Of a stretch of 64,000 nt of DNA, positions 58,344 to 64,000 are shown piece by piece. The notes below the pieces were generated by a model, which was not told the origin of the DNA, made no database searches, and saw nothing but the letters and a program-made list of their open reading frames with translations. The position numbers and the translations under genes were made by a program. Position 1 is the stretch's first letter, and the number at the start of each line of letters is the position of its first letter. Origin of the DNA: Terriglobia bacterium (GTDB lineage Bacteria; Acidobacteriota; Terriglobia; 20CM-2-55-15); assembly GCA_965198225.1 (NCBI GenBank), contig CBDAOY010000008.1, forward strand, positions 992,001 to 1,056,000, in the 5' to 3' direction.

Positions 58344-59779
58344 AAGGACCCTCGCTGGCGAGCGTTGCGTTTCTCGTCACGACGCTCGCCATCGACGTCG
58401 CCGCCCAGGACATCCCGTCGTCGCCTGAGCCCGGACGGACGGATGTGCTCTTCATAGCGATAGATGACCTCAATGACTGGGTAGGAGTTCTGGATGGACA
58501 TCCACAGGCCAGAACCCCGAACATCGATCGGCTCGCGGACCGGGGGATAGTCTTCACGAACGCCCACACGGTCTCGACTTCCTGCAATTCGTCACGCACC
58601 GCTCTGCTGACGGGGCTCCGACCGTCGAGCACCGGTGTCTACACCAACGGACGGGACTGGCGCAACGTCGAAAGACTTCGTAGCATACCGACCCTGCCTG
58701 GACACTTTCGCGAAGAGGGCTACCGGACGTTCGGCGCCGGCAAGATCTTCCACGCTCATACCTACTACCCGGAAGGATTCTTCGGGTTCAACGATCCCGA
58801 CGCGTGGGAGGCTTTTTATCCCTCTGTCCGTCGCCAGCTCCCCGACGAAGTCGGCCCGCCCACACGGCCTGCCAATCAGAATCCGGGCTATCTCGGCTTC
58901 GATTGGTCCGCTGTCGTCACCGACGACGCGGCGATGGGGGATGGGCAGGTCGTCTCCTGGGCGGAACGCCAACTGGCAGCTTCGAGCGGTGACCCGAGAT
59001 TTCTGGCCGTGGGTATATACCGCCCACACCTTCCCTGGTATGTGCCGCAGGCCTACCTGGACATGCATCCTCTCGAGCAGATCGAGCTGCCCACGACCGT
59101 GGAGAGCGACCTGGATGACGTGCCCGAGATAGCCTGGCCTGCCCCATTGAACTCACGGGAGACACATCGGTGGGTCGTTGAACAGGACATGTGGGAAGAG
59201 GCGGTCCAGGCTTACCTGGCCAGTATCAGTTTTGCGGACGCGATGGTTGGCCGTCTGGTCGCCGCTTTGGATCGGAGTGGGCGCGCCGAGGACACGATTG
59301 TCGTTCTCTGGTCCGATCACGGTTTCCATCTGGGCGAGAAGCAACGCTGGCGCAAGTGGACCCTGTGGGAGGAAGTAACCCACGTACCGCTGATTGTCGT
59401 GGCACCGGGCGTCACGACCCCCGGAAGCCGCACCGCCAAGCCGGTCTCTTTGCTGGACGTTTATCCCACACTGACGGAGTTGGCGGGCATCTCGATGCCG
59501 GAGCACCTGGAGGGAACCAGCCTCGTTCCGTTGATTGAGGATCCGGATGCAGAGTGGGATCATGCCGCCGTGACCACGAACGGCTACCGGAACCATTCTG
59601 TGCGGGACCTCCGTTACCGCTACATTCGTCACGCCGACGAATCGGAGGAACTCTACGACCTCGAAACCGATCCCAACGAATGGAAGAACCTGGCCGCAGA
59701 CCCCGCCTTTGGTGAGACAAAGAGCCGGCTCGCCGAATGGCTGCCCGACGTCGACGTCCTTATCCGACCCCAGCCATAG
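58340..59779 (+). CDS. Sulfatase (iduronate/choline sulfatase-like, S1)
   Basis: VLFIAIDDLN, CNSSRTALLTG, GKIFH, RPHLPW, SDHGFHLGEK, ELYDL..DP.E..NLA. Confidence 0.92.
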   Translation: MKGPSLASVAFLVTTLAIDVAAQDIPSSPEPGRTDVLFIAIDDLNDWVGVLDGHPQARTPNIDRLADRGIVFTNAHTVSTSCNSSRTALLTGLRPSSTGVYTNGRDWRNVERLRSIPTLPGHFREEGYRTFGAGKIFHAHTYYPEGFFGFNDPDAWEAFYPSVRRQLPDEVGPPTRPANQNPGYLGFDWSAVVTDDAAMGDGQVVSWAERQLAASSGDPRFLAVGIYRPHLPWYVPQAYLDMHPLEQIELPTTVESDLDDVPEIAWPAPLNSRETHRWVVEQDMWEEAVQAYLASISFADAMVGRLVAALDRSGRAEDTIVVLWSDHGFHLGEKQRWRKWTLWEEVTHVPLIVVAPGVTTPGSRTAKPVSLLDVYPTLTELAGISMPEHLEGTSLVPLIEDPDAEWDHAAVTTNGYRNHSVRDLRYRYIRHADESEELYDLETDPNEWKNLAADPAFGETKSRLAEWLPDVDVLIRPQP

Positions 59780-59815
59780 CAGCCCTGGCCCGACGCCAAA
59801 CGGTATCGCTGTCCG

Positions 59816-59989
59816 TTAGATGTAGATCCGTTCAGAGTTTCTCAGGGAACGGTAGCGCTCGAAAACCTTCCGCTCGTCTTCGACTCCCAGTATCGACTTC
59901 AGGCTGCTCCCACGGAACGAGTGCGCCAGCAGCTGGAAAGCGTTGCGAAAGACGTAGAAATTGTGCACGGCGCTCGAGTATTCGTCGGA
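59816..59989 (-). pseudogene. Possible C-terminal gene remnant
   Basis: Open frame SDEYSSAVHNFYVFRNAFQLL...ERIYI* preceded by a stop, next to the mobile-element nest. Confidence 0.3.
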
Positions 59990-60364
59990 TCATACACCTA
60001 ACCGCTTTCGAGACGGAACGGTGCCGTTCTTGGCTGTCCTCTAGGCGACTCGGGTGTCGAAGAAGGCTGACTGTTGACAGCACGCTTGATCCCCATTAGT
60101 GGCCTGTAACAGTGCTATCGGCACCATCGCCGATGGGTCTTGCGGGCGAGGTCGCGGAGGGAGACGGAAAGCGATGCTCTTTCATCGGTGACGGCTTCCG
60201 ACAAAGAGATCGCCCGCAACCCCCATCGGCCCGAAGGGTTCGGCGGAACGGCCCCGTCTTCGGTGTCGTAACGCCCTCGCAATGAAACAGCATTGGCTCG
60301 AGCGTCACTCCTAGAATCCGACGCCGTTCCGCCGAACGCTGGTACCGATAGCACTGTTACAGGT

Positions 60365-61987
60365 GGTTATGTTTCAGAGTTTCTGCAAAAAGGTCCTGAA
60401 ATAGGAAAGGGCCAGGGTATCTCCGAAAAGTTGGTAACGAATCAACTTTGAAACGAAGGAGATGAACCGATGGCCCGACCTCAGATTAAGCGAAAGGGAG
60501 TGGATTGGAAAGAACTGTTAGGAGAGGAAAAGGATTTGCTGAAAAGCGTCGTACAGGAGGTGGTTCAAGAGATTCTCGAGGCGGAGATGGACCAGGTCGT
60601 GGGCGCGGTCAAGAGTGAACGAACAGGGGGTCGCACCGGATATCGGAGTGGCTATTACGGACGGGACCTGGTCACACGGGTGGGCAAGCTGGAGTTGCGC
60701 GTGCCGCAGGACCGGGCCGGCCGGTTCAGTACGGAGGTGTTTGAACGCTACCAACGCAGCGAGAAAGCCTTGGTGGCCAGCTTGGCCGAGATGTACGTGC
60801 AGGGCGTGTCAACGCGCAAGGTGAAAGCCATCACCGAAGAACTATGCGGACATTCGTTTTCGGCCAGCACGATCAGCCGGATTAATCAGACTCTGGACAA
60901 GGAGCTGAAAAAGTTTGCAACGCGACGATTGGAGGAAGAATACCCGTACCTAATTTTGGATGCGCGCTACGAGAAGGTGCGCGAAGACGGGGTCATCCGG
61001 AGCCGGGCGGTGCTGGTCGCGATCGGAATCAACTGGGACGGCCGGCGCGGTGTGTTGGCGGTGGAGCTGGCGGGACGGGAAAGCACGACCAGTTGGCGGC
61101 AACTGCTGCTGAGTTTAAAACAACGCGGCCTGTGCGGGGTGGAGTTCGTGGTGACCGACGATCATCCGGGGTTGAAGAAAGCCATCGCGGAAGTCCTGAC
61201 CGAAGCGATCTGGCAGCGCTGCTACGTGCACTTTCTCCGAAACGCATTGGATTATCTGCCGCGCAAAGGCGATGACGATTGCCTCCAGGAACTGCGTTGG
61301 CTCTACGATCGGCGGAACCTCCAGGAAGCGCGGCAGGACCTCGCGGCGTGGTTGAGCAAGTGGGGGCAGAAATATCCCAAACTCTGCGACTGGGTCGAAG
61401 ACAACATCGACGAGACGCTGAGCTTCTACACGCTGCCGCTTCAGCATCACAAGCACATGAAATCCACCAATATGCTGGAACGGCTCAACGAAGAGATCAA
61501 GCGGCGAACGCGTGTGGTGCGGATATTCCCCAACGCGGCCAGCTGTCTGCGTTTGATTCGGGCACTGACCACCGAGATGCACGAGAACTGGATCGAAGCG
61601 ATCCGTTATTTGAACATGGATCTGTTGAAGGAACACAAGAAGGACTGGCACCGTCAGACGCCTGCCGCGTGAACGCGTCAAAACGGACCGACCCAAGGAT
61701 CGGCTCGGAAGCCGATCGTCGATTACAGCGCATCCTGGAGCGAGGAATCTCTGTGGAAAACTTTCAAAGGGCGAAAGAAAGAGAACCAAAAAAGAAAGAA
61801 AGGCAGAGGCCTGATGGAAATGACGCCTCAGAGGAAATCCGCAACAAGACGCGGATTCCCTCTGAGGCTTGGAAAAGCTTCGCCAAGAACGTTCAGCTTT
61901 CCCACATTCCCACAGGCCCGACGGCGATCAACACTCAAGAACTGACTTTTTCGGAAATACTTTTTGCAGAACTTGACGCACACAACT
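60365..61987 (+). mobile_element. IS256-family insertion sequence with 8-bp target duplication TTACAGGT
   Basis: TSD at 60357-60364 and 61988-61995; imperfect 28-bp IRs sharing TTCTGCAAAAAG. Confidence 0.92.
60470..61672 (+). CDS. IS256 family transposase
   Basis: LRVPQDR, EMYVQGVSTRKV, ILDARY, VTDDH.GL, WQRCYVHF, STNMLERLNEEIKRRT. Confidence 0.96.
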   Translation: MARPQIKRKGVDWKELLGEEKDLLKSVVQEVVQEILEAEMDQVVGAVKSERTGGRTGYRSGYYGRDLVTRVGKLELRVPQDRAGRFSTEVFERYQRSEKALVASLAEMYVQGVSTRKVKAITEELCGHSFSASTISRINQTLDKELKKFATRRLEEEYPYLILDARYEKVREDGVIRSRAVLVAIGINWDGRRGVLAVELAGRESTTSWRQLLLSLKQRGLCGVEFVVTDDHPGLKKAIAEVLTEAIWQRCYVHFLRNALDYLPRKGDDDCLQELRWLYDRRNLQEARQDLAAWLSKWGQKYPKLCDWVEDNIDETLSFYTLPLQHHKHMKSTNMLERLNEEIKRRTRVVRIFPNAASCLRLIRALTTEMHENWIEAIRYLNMDLLKEHKKDWHRQTPAA

Positions 61988-62001
61988 TTACAGGTCACTA
62001 G

Positions 62002-64000
62002 CCCGACTTCCGCGGTTCGGCACGATTTTCATCTAATTTGGCCCATTTGGAGCACGAATCGCGTTTGTTTTCTGTGCCTTGACCTCCTGGGTGGGCGTGT
62101 AGTGCCGACCTACCCCCTTGATTAGTTTTTCGGATATGCCGACGATGCGTGCATGTTCGTGCGCTGCAAGAAGCGATTCAAGGACGGCAAGGAGCACCGC
62201 TACTGGAGTGTCGTCGAGAGCACCCGGGTCGGTGGCGGCCGTGTGGTCCAGCGCCAGCTTCTCTATCTCGGCGAGATCAACGACAGCCAGCGCGCCGAGT
62301 GGTGCCGCTCGATCGAGGTTCTCAGCGGCGGCGCGGCGCTGCAGCAGATGGCGCTGTTTCCCGAGGACCGGCCCGCGCCGGTGTTGGATTGCGATGTCGT
62401 GCAGATCCAGCTCGACAAACTGGAACTGCGCGATCCGCGCCAGTGGGGCGCCTGCTGGCTGGCGCTGGCGTTGTGGGACCGTCTCGGGCTGGACCGTTTC
62501 TGGGGCCCGCGGCTGCCGCCCAGCCGCAAGGGCACCCGATGGCTCGATATCCTCAAGGTGCAGGTCTGTTATCACCTGATCGATCCCGGCAGCGACTGGC
62601 GGCTGCACCGGCACTGGTATGAACACAGCGCGCTACGTGACCTGCTGGGCAGTGACCGCGTGATCTCCGACGACAAGCTCTACCGCTGTCTCGACCGGTT
62701 GCTCGACCACAAGCGCGAGTTCTTCTCGTTCCTCAAGGCGCGCTGGAGCACCCTGTTTGAGGCCCGGTTCGATGTTCTGCTCTACGATCTGACCAGCACC
62801 TATTTCGAGTCGGACCCGCCCTTGGCGGGCAAACGCCAGTTCGGCTACAGCCGCGACAAGCGTCCCGACTGCGTCCAGGTGGTGATCGCGCTGATCATCA
62901 CGCCCGACGGTTTCCCGCTGGCCTATGAGGTGATGCCGGGCAACACGGCCGACAACACCACGCTGGCCGCCTTCATCGACCGCATTGAGGCGCAATACGG
63001 TCGTTCCGACCGCATCTGGATCATGGATCGCGGCATTCCCACCGAGGAGACCCTGGCCGAGATGCGCGCCAGTGCCTCGGGCCTGCGCTATCTGGTTGGC
63101 ACACCCAAAGGTCGGCTGACCCGTCTGGAGTCGTCCTTCCTCGATCTGCCCTGGCAGCAGGTTCGCCAGTCCGTTGACGTCAAGCTGCTGTCACGAGACG
63201 GCGAACTCTATGTGCTGGTCCGTAGCGAAAAACGGATCTCGAAGGAACGCAGCATGCGGCGGCGACGGCTGAAGAAGCTGTGGAAACGCCTGCATGACCT
63301 GCAGCGACAATCCCTCAGCCGGGATGCGTTGCTGATCAAGCTGGGCGCCGCAAAGAAGGAGGCCGGACGCGCCTGGTATCTGGTCCGTATCGAGGTCCCA
63401 GAAAGCAATGGGGCACTGGCCCACAACGGCTTTGCCTTCACGCTCCGGCGCGACAAGCTCCGGGCCGCCTACCGGCGCGAAGGCCGCTACCTGCTGCGCT
63501 CCAACATGACCAGCGGTGACCCGGCACAGTTGTGGAGCCACTACATGCGATTGACCGAAATCGAGCAGGCGTTCAAGGAACTCAAGCACGACCTCGCGAT
63601 CCGGCCGATCTTCCATCAGCACGACCACCGCATCGAAGCCCATATCTTCCTTGCCTTCATCGCCTGGTGCCTGCAGGTCACCCTGAAATCCCTCATCCGC
63701 CCCCACGCCCCGGGGCTGACACCCCGCGCAATCCTCGACACATTCTCGACCATACAGATGGTCGATGTTCATGTGCCGACCACCGACGGACGCCACCTCG
63801 TCCTGCCGCGCTACACCCAACCCAACAGGGACCATCTCTTGCTGCTGCATCATCTCGCCATGACGTTGCCGCAACAGCCGACACCGCGCATCGCCATCTG
63901 AGCGCCATGCCACGGCCCCGATCGCCGACAGCCTTGTAGTGCCGACCTTCGGGACCTCGATCTAATTAACTCAACAACTTAGGTCTACCAAACCTGCCGA
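62002..64000 (+). mobile_element. IS1634-family insertion sequence, right end probably just beyond the window
   Basis: Inferred left end CCCGACTTCCGC directly after CTAG; subterminal direct repeat TGTAGTGCCGACCT at 62098-62111 and 63935-63948. Confidence 0.78.
62153..63901 (+). CDS. IS1634 family transposase
   Basis: KDGKEHRYWSVVES, YDLTSTYFE, GYSRDKRPD, IMDRG, IEQAFKELK..LAIRPIFH..RIEAH. Confidence 0.94.
   Translation: MFVRCKKRFKDGKEHRYWSVVESTRVGGGRVVQRQLLYLGEINDSQRAEWCRSIEVLSGGAALQQMALFPEDRPAPVLDCDVVQIQLDKLELRDPRQWGACWLALALWDRLGLDRFWGPRLPPSRKGTRWLDILKVQVCYHLIDPGSDWRLHRHWYEHSALRDLLGSDRVISDDKLYRCLDRLLDHKREFFSFLKARWSTLFEARFDVLLYDLTSTYFESDPPLAGKRQFGYSRDKRPDCVQVVIALIITPDGFPLAYEVMPGNTADNTTLAAFIDRIEAQYGRSDRIWIMDRGIPTEETLAEMRASASGLRYLVGTPKGRLTRLESSFLDLPWQQVRQSVDVKLLSRDGELYVLVRSEKRISKERSMRRRRLKKLWKRLHDLQRQSLSRDALLIKLGAAKKEAGRAWYLVRIEVPESNGALAHNGFAFTLRRDKLRAAYRREGRYLLRSNMTSGDPAQLWSHYMRLTEIEQAFKELKHDLAIRPIFHQHDHRIEAHIFLAFIAWCLQVTLKSLIRPHAPGLTPRAILDTFSTIQMVDVHVPTTDGRHLVLPRYTQPNRDHLLLLHHLAMTLPQQPTPRIAI

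Larger units (their letters stand above)
60096..62001. mobile_element. MITE family 1 full-length copy (~275 bp), interrupted in its right TIR by IS256
   Basis: Left end TTAGTGGCCTGTAACAGTGCTATCGG; right end CCGATAGCACTGTTACAGGT|IS|TTACAGGTCACTAG. Confidence 0.85.

Noticed and set aside
1-64000. tRNA, rRNA, tmRNA or defence-system genes
   Set aside because: No cloverleaf, rRNA signature or recognisable defence gene seen by eye; a covariance-model scan would be needed to exclude small ncRNAs

Overview
High-GC (roughly 60-65%, judged by eye) bacterial chromosome segment, most consistent with an Acidobacteriota genome. That assignment is inferred from the fused lptF-lptG gene, the DUF1549/DUF1553 + DUF1501 pair and the dual-permease ABC exporter. 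Content is mostly housekeeping and accessory metabolism: dap lysine operon, cyaY, metK, xerD, murJ, lpxD, thiD, ccdA, sixA, several peptidases, two LLM oxidoreductases and a sulfatase. Three genes are missing from the ORF track: a partial GAF/sigma54-type regulator, a CxxU Rdx-family selenoprotein with a SECIS-like hairpin, and a 49-aa GatC/AtzG-like ORF before an amidase. The intergenic DNA is rich in small repeats: GTAG REPINs, 7-mer and 9-mer inverted-array elements, and two MITE families with unrelated terminal repeats but the same covarying structured core. The right end is a nest of mobile elements: an IS256 inside a MITE terminal repeat, with an IS1634 next to it. An MBL-REC-cNMP-GGDEF fusion protein is the most unusual domain architecture. 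Several frameshifts and local duplications look like sequencing or assembly errors. I saw no rRNA, tRNA or CRISPR array.
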